64,000 nt of DNA, from NCBI GenBank assembly GCA_963837465.1, contig CAWINB010000001.1, positions 629,646 to 693,645 on the forward strand, in the 5' to 3' direction. Positions 19,064-29,401 of the stretch are shown here, piece after piece. Under the pieces are notes generated by a model. The model was not told where the DNA came from and made no database searches. It saw only the letters and a program-made list of their open reading frames with translations. The position numbers were made by a program, and so were the translations under genes. Each line of letters begins with the position of its first letter. Positions within the stretch are counted from its first letter, which is position 1. The DNA is from Candidatus Doudnabacteria bacterium (GTDB lineage Bacteria; Patescibacteriota; Doudnabacteria; UBA920).

Positions 19064-20506
19064 TCTGACGACAATCGCGTTTCGGGCGGGGCCGGTGCCG
19101 ACCAGTAGGATGGGGGTTTTAAGACGTTTTTCCAAACGGGATAAAAAGTTTCGCGCGGCTTTGGGCAAGTTTGGCTCTTGATCAATGCCGCCGATATTTT
19201 GCGGCCACCCCGGCCACTGCTCAAAAACCGGCTTAACATCCGCCAGCTCCCACGGCGGCGGCATTTGTCCCGGCCTCAAAAGCTTGCCCTTAAGTTTATA
19301 GCCAACGACCACGGGGATTGTTTTTATTCCCGAAAGCATATCAAACCGCGTTAAAGCCAGCCACTTGGGGCCGTTTACTCGGATGGCGTAATGCAGCCAA
19401 GGAATGTCTAAAAAACCCAGGGACCGCCCGCGACCCGTAGTGGCTCCCCGCTCGTCCCCCAAGACCTGAAAGTATTGCGAAGCTTCCGCGTTTGAGGCTT
19501 GCCCTTTGTTGATTTTTAACAACCTTTGGGACAAAAAGTCCGCGCGTTTGTCTGTGTTGGCAATAAACAGCTCACCGTTATTTTTGGCAAATTCCATTAC
19601 CGCGCTTCTTTCCCACATTTCCGACGGCATGGGACCCGAGCCCACGCGCGTAGGCAAAATTTTGACTACCATTAAAGTGGCGCTGAATTTCCCCATGGGC
19701 AAGCCCGTTCCCAAAGCCGCGCCGGAAGCGGCGGAGTTACCGGCCGAGACAAAAGGATAAGTGCCCCAGTGGGAATCCAAACCCAGCGCCTGCGCGCCTT
19801 CAAACAGTATCCGTTTACCGGACCTGGCAGCCTGGTCCAAAAAATAAGCGGTGTCGGCTATTATCGGCTTAACCCGCGGGGCGGCCAAAAGCAACTGCCG
19901 CGAAACTTGTTTGGGCGGCGGAATTTTTTCCCCGGCGGCAAATGCCCGCAAAATCGGCAGCAGCATTTTATACAAAACTTCCAGGGATTCTTCCAGCAAC
20001 TTGGGTTCCCGCAAATAACCGACAACCGGCCCGAGCCGCAATTTATACAAAGCTTCCAAAGGCGCGATACCTTTATTGGTTGTGCCGATTTTTTTTGCGC
20101 CGCGCAACTCCTCTACGTAACTTTCCAAAAGGCCGTGGTAAGGCGTCCATACAGGCGACTGGTAATCTATATAAATCGGCGGCAGATTATTTTCCCCCAA
20201 AATCCGCCTTGAATGTTCAAGTTCGGCCAAAAACAATTCCAGGTTAAAAAATTCCCCCCTGCCGAGCACGCAAATTTTGCCCTGAGCCAGGCCGCAGGGA
20301 ATTAAATGACTGACCAATTTTTTCCCGTCCGGCGTAAACACCGTATGGCCGGCGTTGGCGCCGCCGGAAAAGCGCGCCGTCACATCGTAATGCGCCATTA
20401 TTAAATCTATAATTTTGCCTTTGCCCTCATCCCCCCAATTGGCCCCGACTACAATTAAATTCGGCGCGTCTTTAAAAATAGATTTTAGCTTAACGGCAGT
20501 TATCAT
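19043..20506 (-). CDS. purA: Adenylosuccinate synthetase, with its last 6 codons supplied by the IS200-type hairpin
   Basis: 487 aa. VVGANWGDEGKGK P-loop, GGANAGHTV, and GTTNKGIAP. The C-terminal ...SVKGHP* is encoded by the hairpin at 19043-19063. Confidence 0.85.
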   Translation of the reverse strand: MITAVKLKSIFKDAPNLIVVGANWGDEGKGKIIDLIMAHYDVTARFSGGANAGHTVFTPDGKKLVSHLIPCGLAQGKICVLGRGEFFNLELFLAELEHSRRILGENNLPPIYIDYQSPVWTPYHGLLESYVEELRGAKKIGTTNKGIAPLEALYKLRLGPVVGYLREPKLLEESLEVLYKMLLPILRAFAAGEKIPPPKQVSRQLLLAAPRVKPIIADTAYFLDQAARSGKRILFEGAQALGLDSHWGTYPFVSAGNSAASGAALGTGLPMGKFSATLMVVKILPTRVGSGPMPSEMWERSAVMEFAKNNGELFIANTDKRADFLSQRLLKINKGQASNAEASQYFQVLGDERGATTGRGRSLGFLDIPWLHYAIRVNGPKWLALTRFDMLSGIKTIPVVVGYKLKGKLLRPGQMPPPWELADVKPVFEQWPGWPQNIGGIDQEPNLPKAARNFLSRLEKRLKTPILLVGTGPARNAIVVRSVKGHP

Positions 20507-20715
20507 AAATATATGATAGCGTCTTTCGTCTCATATTAAAAGCCCCCGGTTTTTTCCGGAGGCTTTAACTATCGCGACACTACTACTAACCTTTAACACT
20601 TAAGTTAATAGAGATGTTAATCAAAAATGCTTGATTTTACAGAGTTTGCGACACATCTGATTATTAAGCTATGTGTTAAAGGTCAGTAATATAATTTTCC
20701 ATTCTATCCTCACCC

Positions 20716-23700
20716 CTACGGCACCTCGTCAATAGTCGGATACTGGCCGCCGCAGTAGAACTGCAGCACCGGGGTATTGCCAGTAACCACAATGCTACCG
20801 CTATTGGCGGACAGGGAGAAACTGTTCTGGAAGCGGGAACTGGTGGAGCAGGACCCGCCGGAAACCGCCAGCGTGGCATCGTAGGTTAAAAAGGATTTGC
20901 CGCCCTGGGCTACGGAGTAGCCGCTTAAGTTAACGCTTAGCGTCTGGTTGGGCGCGGTGCCGGTAAGGCTGTACTGGCCGCTGGCCGGATTGGATCCGAC
21001 TTGTATCAGGGCCGTGCCATTGTACTTGACGTTCCAGCCAGCGTTCGGCACGCTTAAGTTAAGCATGCTGTCGGTCAGGCTTAATTTGGTGGCGGTGGCC
21101 TGTCCCTGGTCATTGCATAAATCAATCCTAAAGCTTAACGTGTCTCCCAAATTTAAGTTTGTTCCCGAAGGCAGGGCCGCAAAGCCGTTACACTGGCTGG
21201 GAACCGGGCTGATGGCGTTGCCGCTGATGGCCACAATGTTTTTTGAGGAATCCGTCATAACGGCGGTACAGGCAACCGAAGAGTAAGGGTTGCCGGTTTC
21301 GGCAACCTGGGCCGAAGTACCGTTGCCATTGGTGGCGGCCACGCTGTAGCTGTGGGGGTTGTTGTCAGGCGGGGTGAAGTTGTAAGTTAAGACCTCGCCT
21401 GTCTGGGAAGGCGGAGAACTGGCCGGGACGGTTGTCTGATAAACTCCGTCCATATATATCTTAAAGCCGGTCTCGTTGGTGGAATTATCCGTCCAGGTAA
21501 TCTGGACCTGGCCGCAGGACACGGTACCGCCCGGAGGATTACTGCTGCCGCTGTTGTAGACGCTGCCGCCGGTGGGAGCGGTCGGGCTTTGAGCCACATT
21601 ATTAACCGTTATGTTGGTGTTAAGGGAGTATTGGTTGCCTAAACTGTCAAAGGCTGTAATGGTGATGGTGTGCGGGCCGTTGACCAGAGTCGTGGTGTCA
21701 AAATTGCCGTAAATAAAACCGCAGTTGGAGGAACAGCCCGAAGCCGAATCATTAACCGGATAAAAGGATGGGCTGATGGCGGAATCGGATATTAAGGTAG
21801 AACTGCTGGCTATCCACAGCTGGGCTCTGGTTATGGAAGCGCTGGCCGAAGGCGCTATATAACCTTTAATGTTAATAAGGCCGGAAACCGTGCTGTTGGC
21901 CGCTGGCGTTTCCAAAACTATGTTCGGCGGGCCGTCCACGGTCCAGGTGCCCGTTTGCTGCCAGCCGCTGCCTGCCGTGGCATCGTTGGCGGTCATCCAA
22001 AACTGCTGGGGGCCGACAAACGGCGACAAAAAAGTGTAATTTAAAATTAAAGTAAGATTGCTGCCCGACCTGGAAACGCTGGAGGCGGAAACGTTGGCCG
22101 TACACTGGCTGTTGCTTAAGCTTGCGCCGCTGCCAATGACACTGCCCGTGCTCCAGGCGCTGCCGGAATCATTGAGTAAAAATAGGGAATTAGTGGCGGA
22201 ATCGTAACGCAAATAACAGGCATTGTTGGTGGGATTGGCGGCATAGCTGGACCTTAAAAAGGTCCAAACCTGGGTAATGTCCCCTGCCCCGGCCGTATCG
22301 GTATAGACCTGGGTAAAGCTGGTGCTGCTGGCGACTTCGGAACTGCCGGAAGAAGGAGTTAAAGACGCGGCCGTAATAGTATTAATGACCAGAGAGCTGC
22401 TGACAGGACCGCTGGCCGAACTACAGTTTAAGGTGTAGGTGGTTTGGGCGGCTATGGGCGCGGTGGTATGGCTGGTGGTGGCAATGGCATCGGCCACGCT
22501 GTCGGGATTCTGGTTGTTGGATAACGAGCAGGAACTGACATTAGCGGTAGTCCAAGTCAGGTTGGATGTGCCGCCAAAACTGACCATAACCGAGCTGGCA
22601 GTGGGGGTAACTCCGCCTGTGTTGGTGCCGTACAGCACGGCTGTGGGGATTGTGGAAGAAGCTGTCTGGCTCCAGTTTAAGTAGGCTTGGTCGCCGCCGC
22701 CATCCTGGAAGTATTCATACTTGATGATGTGCTGGCCCGCTCCCAGGCTTACGCTGGCGGTGTTGGTGGCATAGCCCCGCGGATTCCAGTCGCCGGTTAT
22801 GTGGAGGCCATCCACGTAAAGATTGTCGCCATCGTCTGAGCCGGCGGTAAACTGGTAGGTGCCGCCGCTAAAGTTAAAGGTGCCCTGCCAGCGGGCGGAC
22901 CAATTGTCATCCAGGGTCGGATAACTGCCGTTGGAAGTAGCAGGCCCGCCAGCATTCCAGTTTGTGTTAATGGCGGTAAAATTGTCGGCATTGCCGGAAG
23001 CCGTGGCTTGGGCCGGGGCATTGCCGTACTGATTGGTCAAAGTACTGCCATCGGAGTCGTTGTACAAACAGCCAACCAGCTGGTTGGCGCCAGGTCCGGG
23101 CGTGGTGCAGGGAAAGGTGGTGGCCGTGTTATATATAGTTAACTGACTGTATATTTCTGGGGCTGTATAATTAAGATTAGAGCAACCCAGGGTATATACC
23201 GTCGGGCTGTTGTCTATAGGTTGCGTGTCATAGCTCGTATAAACCTGTAGGTTGCCGTAGGGGTCCTGATCTCCATGGTCGCTAGTAAGATTACATAAAC
23301 CATAGCCACTGGGAATGTCCCAGGTCAAAGTTGATGTTCCGCCATAATTAACGGTTACCGAGCCCGCGGTGGGAGTATTACTGCCTGAGTTGGTGCCGTA
23401 AAGAGTTACAACGCCTGCGCACTGATAATTGCAAGTTGAACTAGTATCGCAATGGCCGGGACCGCCATAACCTGTACAGCTATTGTCTGCGCTGCAACTG
23501 CCACTGTTGCAGGAGTAATAGGTGGTGCCACCGTTGTTGCCGCTTCCACAGACATTACTGCAAGTTGAACTAGTATCGCAACTACCGGGACCGCCATAAC
23601 CGTTACAGCTATTGTCTGCGCTGCAACTGCCACTGTTGCAGGAGTAATAGGTGGTGCCGCTGCCACTGCCGTTGCCACTGCTTCCAGATGAGCAATCAAC

Positions 23701-24048
23701 AGGAAAGTCAAAAGTCCACCCTTGAGTTATAACGAAACTGCAAGGATTAGGTGTAGGAAGTGCAACGCATTGATTCGAACTACATTCTGCTTGTGTTAAA
23801 TACCCAAGATATGTTATGGGAGGATTACATTCCTCCACAATCCCGCAATGACCATTTATATTATAAAAACCGCCATAGCCTACTGATGAGCAAGTCGCCG
23901 AGACGGCGGGAACGCAACTACCTGCCAAATAGGAACAGTCAGAACCAGAAGTACAATACTGCGCCTTTGCATAATCCCCACACATAAAGACAAACGCAAT
24001 CGCGAGGATGGTTAAAAAAAATAAACCGCCTTTAAATAAAAATTTCAT
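20716..24048 (-). CDS. Giant secreted surface protein with a PA14 domain, Cys-rich tandem repeats and Ig-like or adhesin-like domains
   Basis: 1110 aa. Signal peptide MKFLFKGGLFFLTILAIAFVF. Two tandem units of about 41 aa TTYYSCNSGSCSADNSC.GYGGPG.CDTSSTC. A PA14-like segment GTFNFSGGTYQFTAGSDDGDNLYVDG...AGQHIIKYEYFQDGGGDQAYLNW. The rest is long and Thr/Ser/Asn-rich. Confidence 0.6.
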   Translation of the reverse strand: MKFLFKGGLFFLTILAIAFVFMCGDYAKAQYCTSGSDCSYLAGSCVPAVSATCSSVGYGGFYNINGHCGIVEECNPPITYLGYLTQAECSSNQCVALPTPNPCSFVITQGWTFDFPVDCSSGSSGNGSGSGTTYYSCNSGSCSADNSCNGYGGPGSCDTSSTCSNVCGSGNNGGTTYYSCNSGSCSADNSCTGYGGPGHCDTSSTCNYQCAGVVTLYGTNSGSNTPTAGSVTVNYGGTSTLTWDIPSGYGLCNLTSDHGDQDPYGNLQVYTSYDTQPIDNSPTVYTLGCSNLNYTAPEIYSQLTIYNTATTFPCTTPGPGANQLVGCLYNDSDGSTLTNQYGNAPAQATASGNADNFTAINTNWNAGGPATSNGSYPTLDDNWSARWQGTFNFSGGTYQFTAGSDDGDNLYVDGLHITGDWNPRGYATNTASVSLGAGQHIIKYEYFQDGGGDQAYLNWSQTASSTIPTAVLYGTNTGGVTPTASSVMVSFGGTSNLTWTTANVSSCSLSNNQNPDSVADAIATTSHTTAPIAAQTTYTLNCSSASGPVSSSLVINTITAASLTPSSGSSEVASSTSFTQVYTDTAGAGDITQVWTFLRSSYAANPTNNACYLRYDSATNSLFLLNDSGSAWSTGSVIGSGASLSNSQCTANVSASSVSRSGSNLTLILNYTFLSPFVGPQQFWMTANDATAGSGWQQTGTWTVDGPPNIVLETPAANSTVSGLINIKGYIAPSASASITRAQLWIASSSTLISDSAISPSFYPVNDSASGCSSNCGFIYGNFDTTTLVNGPHTITITAFDSLGNQYSLNTNITVNNVAQSPTAPTGGSVYNSGSSNPPGGTVSCGQVQITWTDNSTNETGFKIYMDGVYQTTVPASSPPSQTGEVLTYNFTPPDNNPHSYSVAATNGNGTSAQVAETGNPYSSVACTAVMTDSSKNIVAISGNAISPVPSQCNGFAALPSGTNLNLGDTLSFRIDLCNDQGQATATKLSLTDSMLNLSVPNAGWNVKYNGTALIQVGSNPASGQYSLTGTAPNQTLSVNLSGYSVAQGGKSFLTYDATLAVSGGSCSTSSRFQNSFSLSANSGSIVVTGNTPVLQFYCGGQYPTIDEVP

Positions 24049-24674
24049 GGCTGTGGTTGAGACATAGTTACTGTTATAACAGTACCGGAAGTCTGCTGTG
24101 AATTGCCAGCAGTTAATATCTCTATAAAATCCTTATTGGTTTTTGTATTGAGAGCGGCCAACTGAGTGGAACTGTTGAATTGCCCGGGCAACAATGCCCA
24201 ATTATTTGCCAGGAAATAGTTCTTATAGACCGCAAGAACACTGCTGACTGAACTGGAGCTCACAAACTGGAATGTTGACTGCTTTGTCCAAGAAGCGCCA
24301 TTGCCGGGCATCTTAACAAGCATAGACATACTCTGTGTAATCTGATGGGAGGCGGACAATACCGGAAAACCAACCGGAAAAGACGGCGGCAAGGTATTGT
24401 TGCTGTATGCCTGAAAATTAGAAATGGGAATACTGGTGGCAACAGTGGAAGAATGATTGTTTTGAGTTTGGTTTTTTGGAGCAGACGTAACCAAAGGCTT
24501 TACCGGTTTTTGCTTATTAAAAAATGTAAAACCGTACCATCCAAGCGCAAGAATAACTACCAAGATACCCACAGCCCAAAGCCAAACTTTCGGCTTTTTT
24601 GAATTAGTTGGAGGAAGCGGAGTTACAAGCTGTTGGCCAATCTCGGCAGGTTGAGAATTTAACTGTTCGTTCAT
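24045..24674 (-). CDS. Membrane-anchored hypothetical protein, paralogue of 27093..27611
   Basis: 209 aa with an N-terminal TM. A C-terminal domain containing YKNYFLANNWALL is shared with the 27093 protein (YQTYFAKNGWKIL). Its ATGA start overlaps the stop of the PA14 gene. Confidence 0.45.
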   Translation of the reverse strand: MNEQLNSQPAEIGQQLVTPLPPTNSKKPKVWLWAVGILVVILALGWYGFTFFNKQKPVKPLVTSAPKNQTQNNHSSTVATSIPISNFQAYSNNTLPPSFPVGFPVLSASHQITQSMSMLVKMPGNGASWTKQSTFQFVSSSSVSSVLAVYKNYFLANNWALLPGQFNSSTQLAALNTKTNKDFIEILTAGNSQQTSGTVITVTMSQPQP

Positions 24675-24904
24675 ATTTTATAGGGCTTGAGGTAAATTTT
24701 TATAGATACTTTTGGTTTCTTAACCTAAATATAGGTAATGGGATTGCCACGACATTATATATAAAATAATAGCATTAAATAAAAATAAGTCAAAATGGAT
24801 GTCAAAATGTTTAAAAATGCCTACTTATACAAAATGAAACCGCCGACCCATACCCTGCTAGTGGGGTACGTTTCGACGGTTTCGAGGTGTAAAGAGAAGA
24901 AGGG

Positions 24905-25702
24905 CTACTGTTGAGATGGTACGACAAACTGCTTACTGGCGGAGGCCAGCCCATCGTAGTCCACCAGAACGACCTGACGCAGGGGGGATGAGCTCGAGAT
25001 GTCCGGCAGCGGCAGCGTGATGTGCTGCCCGTCCAAACAGTTAGCGGAAGTCAACGTCCCTTGGTTAGGCGGGAGCCCGATAAAAACATTGACGGGAGCG
25101 CCAGTACGACAAACGCCGTTAATTTGGATGGCAAGGGGAGAATTTTCGGTTAATACTTCAACCGAGTTGATCCTGACATCCAGGTTCGGCTTGACGAAAC
25201 CCGCGGGTACGAAACCCACGGTAACACTAAACGTCGTGGGCAGTTCCTGTAGCGAGATACCGGTGTCCTTGACCGGGTTTCCCTGACCATCCGTAACGGT
25301 TACCGTAAAGTCGTAGCGACCAGCCGGCTGTCCGGCGGGAACCACCTTGACGTAAATAGTAGTCGGGCCCGTCCCGAAGGACGTGCCAGTTCCAGGATAG
25401 CTAACCGTAGTTGCAGTTCCAGTAAGACTAACGAAAGTCTCCTGGATGTTATACTGCAACCCTGTCTGGTTAGCAAACCCTTGAATCAGAAATGCTCCGC
25501 CTGGATTAACGCTGTCGGATGCCGGCCACACGAGGGCCGGCTGATTGACTGCCGTGACAATGGCGGTGGATACCGGCAAAAGCTTGCCGGTATAGATGTC
25601 ACCAATGACTTGGCCGTTGGTGACTTTTAGAACTTGGCCGTTCGCAACGATCGCGAGGGCCAGAAAAAACAGCAAAAACATTTTCGTTTTCATCGTTTTC
25701 AT
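24905..25702 (-). CDS. Secreted hypothetical beta-rich protein
   Basis: 265 aa with a signal peptide MKTMKTKMFLLFFLALAIVANG and a Thr/Gly-rich body. Confidence 0.45.
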   Translation of the reverse strand: MKTMKTKMFLLFFLALAIVANGQVLKVTNGQVIGDIYTGKLLPVSTAIVTAVNQPALVWPASDSVNPGGAFLIQGFANQTGLQYNIQETFVSLTGTATTVSYPGTGTSFGTGPTTIYVKVVPAGQPAGRYDFTVTVTDGQGNPVKDTGISLQELPTTFSVTVGFVPAGFVKPNLDVRINSVEVLTENSPLAIQINGVCRTGAPVNVFIGLPPNQGTLTSANCLDGQHITLPLPDISSSSPLRQVVLVDYDGLASASKQFVVPSQQ

Positions 25703-26151
25703 CCTTGATCTGAGATTAACAGAGCCTAGTCCAGGGTCAATTTTGTCCCCGAATAATTGAATGCAAATCGTTATAAAAAAATTACGACGTTACAAAATTA
25801 CATTCAAATCTTCGGGGACAAACCCTAATTTCTTCTTTAAAAATTATGCCTCCTACGGGCTTGGAAAAGAACTAATTTACTTTACTGCGTCGGACTTTTT
25901 ATACAGATTATAATTTATCAAACGCATGGCGCGGAGTCTAAAAAATTCACCTGGCTTTAGGCCGCCTTGCTATGAGTTTAATTTTTTATATTTGTCGTAA
26001 TACTAACCTCCAACTATACTACTATTTTTTCTTTTTGTCAATATAACCCACTCAAATATCGGCAAATAACGCTTATATAAAAGCGTTATTATGTGCTTAA
26101 TTTATTTTAGTATACACTAAATTAATACCTTTTGAAAAGAAAAAGAGAAAA

Positions 26152-26942
26152 GAAAAAGGGGTCAGGAGCTGTTTTTAGGACGCCCTGGTTTTCGCAAAGA
26201 AGATTTCAAACCTAGATCGCTTGCGGTTTTGTGTACCCATTGCTCATTTCCTAAAGGACGATTTTTAATTATTGACCGTCTTATGTTTTCAACTTCTGTT
26301 TTGGACTGAACTGAATTGACCAACAATAAATAATCCTTACCAGGTGGTATCGGCCAAGAACTCAATAACTGCTTCTGTTCTTCATCTCCTTGTTCCCTAA
26401 TCCACAAGCTCCCCCACTGCCAATCTTGGGCTTTGTCCACTAACTTTGCCCTAAGGGGGTTCCTTTCCACATATCTGGTTAATTGCAAAAAATATTCATC
26501 AGACTCAACCGGGAAAGATTTATATCTGCCTTGATACAAATGGCCGCTGCCTACGGTATGGTGTGCCGCATGCCATCTCTGGGCATGTGTCATGGTCAAC
26601 CAGGCCATAGCCTTTGACAAGACACCATTTTGGAAAGGCTTTAAAATTAAATGCCAATGATTTGGCATAATACAAAAAGCCAAAAGCTCTACCGGAAACT
26701 TTTTCTTTGCTTCCGTTAGGACTTCTATAAAAGCTTGATAATCCTTTTCTCTACGAAAAATGGCCAGCCGACCATTGGCACGATTAATCGTGTGATAAAT
26801 AATGTCAGCAACGTCTACTCTGGGAGGCCTAGGCATGCCTTTATAGTTTTAATGGTTCCATTAAAACTATAAAGGCATGCTGATGAAAATTATTTAAAAA
26901 ATAATTAAAAACTTTATACATAATAGCTCCTGACCCCTTTTC
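26152..26942 (-). mobile_element. Second IS200/RAYT-type element with terminal inverted repeats and a 23 bp-stem internal hairpin
   Basis: aaaaggggtcaggagct at 26152-26168 pairs with agctcctgacccctttt at 26926-26942. A long hairpin gcatgcctttatagttttaatgg tt ccattaaaactataaaggcatgc lies at 26828-26877. Confidence 0.7.
26162..26836 (-). CDS. Y1 (HUH) transposase, IS200/RAYT family (second, divergent copy)
   Basis: 224 aa. HUH motif CIMPNHWHLIL and catalytic-Tyr region LTRYVERNP. Confidence 0.7.
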   Translation of the reverse strand: MPRPPRVDVADIIYHTINRANGRLAIFRREKDYQAFIEVLTEAKKKFPVELLAFCIMPNHWHLILKPFQNGVLSKAMAWLTMTHAQRWHAAHHTVGSGHLYQGRYKSFPVESDEYFLQLTRYVERNPLRAKLVDKAQDWQWGSLWIREQGDEEQKQLLSSWPIPPGKDYLLLVNSVQSKTEVENIRRSIIKNRPLGNEQWVHKTASDLGLKSSLRKPGRPKNSS

Positions 26943-27092
26943 TGCCTCGCGGCGGCCAAGACTATTCTTTTAAAAGATCTGCCCCAAGCGCATCTTTGAA
27001 CTTTAAGGAGTGCGCTTTTGAATTTTTCCTAACAAAAAACTCCCCATTTTTTAATGGAGAGTTTTTATACATCAAAATTAAACTGAAAAAAT

Positions 27093-27611
27093 TTATTTGG
27101 CGGCAGATGGCTCGGTCAGTGAAGTTACCACGATGTTGCTTTTTACGGAGGCGTCGTAGCTGATGACTATGTCTATTTGCTGGGTGTTTTTGGAAGCGGA
27201 AATGCCGGTTAGAGTTGGCGTGTCGGTGGTGCTTAAAATTTTCCAGCCGTTTTTGGCAAAGTAAGTTTGATAAACCTTAAGCGCGGCGGGCAAAGTTTTG
27301 GCCGTGGTGACGGTGCGCAAAGTCTGGGTCTGATTTGTGGCCGTAACAGTCACCTGGCTTGCGTGGACCACCTGGCTACCGGCTTCACTGGGAAAATTGG
27401 AGGGGAAATCGGAGTTGGACTTGGCGGCCGTAAGCTGGCTTACGGTTATGGGCGGAATTCCATACTTGGGCATGACAGCAGCGGAAACTTTGGGGCTGGC
27501 GCTTGACGGAGCCTGGACTTTACGGCCATGAGTCGCTATTACAATCACGACAATGGCCAGAACAATGACAATTACAGCCAAAATCAATATATTTTGTTGT
27601 TTGGGTTTCAT
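27093..27611 (-). CDS. Membrane-anchored hypothetical protein (paralogue of 24045..24674)
   Basis: 172 aa. N-terminal TM (ILILAVIVIVLAIVVIVIA) and a shared C-terminal domain motif. Confidence 0.45.
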   Translation of the reverse strand: MKPKQQNILILAVIVIVLAIVVIVIATHGRKVQAPSSASPKVSAAVMPKYGIPPITVSQLTAAKSNSDFPSNFPSEAGSQVVHASQVTVTATNQTQTLRTVTTAKTLPAALKVYQTYFAKNGWKILSTTDTPTLTGISASKNTQQIDIVISYDASVKSNIVVTSLTEPSAAK

Positions 27612-27883
27612 AAGGGTTTTTGTGAACCTGTCTGAAAATTAGCTTTTAAGGGGAAACTGCGGAATTTTGAACGTATTGGTTCTTAACAAATTTTAACGTT
27701 TAGCCAAAGCTAAAGGGAAAAATTTTTAAGACCAAGGCGCCAAAATTACGCAATTTACGCCAAAACGGAATTTTAAAACAGGCTCTATTATCTTTAAAAA
27801 TAGTCTACCATAAGTTAACCAAAAAACAAAATCCCCCGCTTTACCTTTTGGATAAAACAGGGGGTTGGTCCGGCCGGCGCCAG

Positions 27884-29194
27884 TTACCCTCCCCACCACA
27901 GCATAACGGCCAAAATTATCACAAAACTGCAGTTGGCAATTAAAGGCAGATGCTGGACGTGGCGTTTAATGCCAATGGCCAAAATTAAACTGACCAGCAT
28001 AGCCGCGATAAATAAAAGATAGAAACGGTACTCAAAAGCGTTGGGGTCAAAACGCGGGCCGAAAAAACTGACATAGGAAGAAGGCGCGGCCGGGGCCACG
28101 CTGGCCACATTATAGTTGGACGCGGTGGTGGGCGCGAAATCCGCCAACCGCAACTGGCTGGTTTGCCCGTCTATATTAAAAGCTTCCACTTTAACCGTGA
28201 CGCTGCTTTGCGTAAGCTCGGAAGCGGCCACGCTGCCGCTCCACTGGGTTTGGCTTTGCGGCAGGAGCATTATGGCCTGCTGGCCGAAGTAGGCAATAAC
28301 TTTTACGGCCGGCCCCTTTATCCGCGCGGTGATATCCACATTGGATCCGTCCAAATTTATGCTGCCGCTTTGCACGCTGACATTCATGGCGGCGGGCGTG
28401 GCGGCCTTGGGCTTAGCGGCGGCCGGAGCGGCGGAACTGGCGCCGCGGATTTGTCCCACTGCCGGAGTAACGCTTTGAGTTTGAACGCTGACAGCGGGCG
28501 CCGGAACCGCGGCTGTCTGCACCGGCGTCGGCTGGTTATTTATGGCCACGGCCTGGGCCGCGGGCGTGCCGAATTCCTGGACTACAAAAATGGCATTATG
28601 GCCCTGGTAGACCCCCTGGGAAATGCCCACGCCAATATCCTGAAAGTCCGCGTTTAAAATATTGGCGCGGTGGTCGGGACTGTTCATCCAGGCGGTTTCC
28701 ACATCTTCGGCTTCGGTAAAATTGACAGCCAGATTTTCGCCGGCCATCAAATAATTATAACCGGCGGCGGTAACAAAACTCCACGGCGTCCGTCCGTCCG
28801 GAGTAACGTGGGCAAAGTAACCCTTGGCCAGCATATCATTGGCCTTGGCCTGGGCGGCCTGGTCCAGCTCGCTGTTTTCCGTCAGTGACTGTTCGTTGTA
28901 CTGTTGGCGTGAGGCGTTGGTAAGGCTGATAATATTAACCGGGGTAATGGCCGAGGAAAAAGCCGGCTGGATGGCGCCAAAAGCCAGAACAGCCAGAACA
29001 AAAATTTTCATGGCCACCAGCACGGCCGAAAATAAACCCAAAGCCCGGTGGCCGAGGACGTGGGGATGGTAGTTGTTGCGGGCATTGGGAATAAAATGGT
29101 CGTGGATATGGCGGCCCAAAGCCAAAACCGACTCGCCTGCTTTTTTAAAGCAGTAGTCGGCCGGCAAAATCATTATGTCCAAAACATAATCCAT
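27884..29194 (-). CDS. CAP/SCP (PR-1-like) domain protein with flanking TM anchors
   Basis: 436 aa. Contains ...GYFAHVTPDG...SPDHRANILNADFQDIGVG..., the CAP-domain signature. Also has an Ala/Pro-rich linker and a C-terminal TM. Confidence 0.6.
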   Translation of the reverse strand: MDYVLDIMILPADYCFKKAGESVLALGRHIHDHFIPNARNNYHPHVLGHRALGLFSAVLVAMKIFVLAVLAFGAIQPAFSSAITPVNIISLTNASRQQYNEQSLTENSELDQAAQAKANDMLAKGYFAHVTPDGRTPWSFVTAAGYNYLMAGENLAVNFTEAEDVETAWMNSPDHRANILNADFQDIGVGISQGVYQGHNAIFVVQEFGTPAAQAVAINNQPTPVQTAAVPAPAVSVQTQSVTPAVGQIRGASSAAPAAAKPKAATPAAMNVSVQSGSINLDGSNVDITARIKGPAVKVIAYFGQQAIMLLPQSQTQWSGSVAASELTQSSVTVKVEAFNIDGQTSQLRLADFAPTTASNYNVASVAPAAPSSYVSFFGPRFDPNAFEYRFYLLFIAAMLVSLILAIGIKRHVQHLPLIANCSFVIILAVMLWWGG

Positions 29195-29401
29195 TTTTGT
29201 TTTTGTCTGTTTTAGCCGCCAAAACTTACAAACGCGAAACCCTCAAAAATATACAATAAAATCAGCAAAATAATTGCTAATTTTAAGTTTGGGTGGTTGA
29301 ATTTTTATTTTTGTTTCTAAAAATTAAAATTTCCCAATGATTTTGTCAGGAAATTTTATTTATCCATAGTTATTATAGCACAGCCGCGGAAAAAAATCAA
29401 G

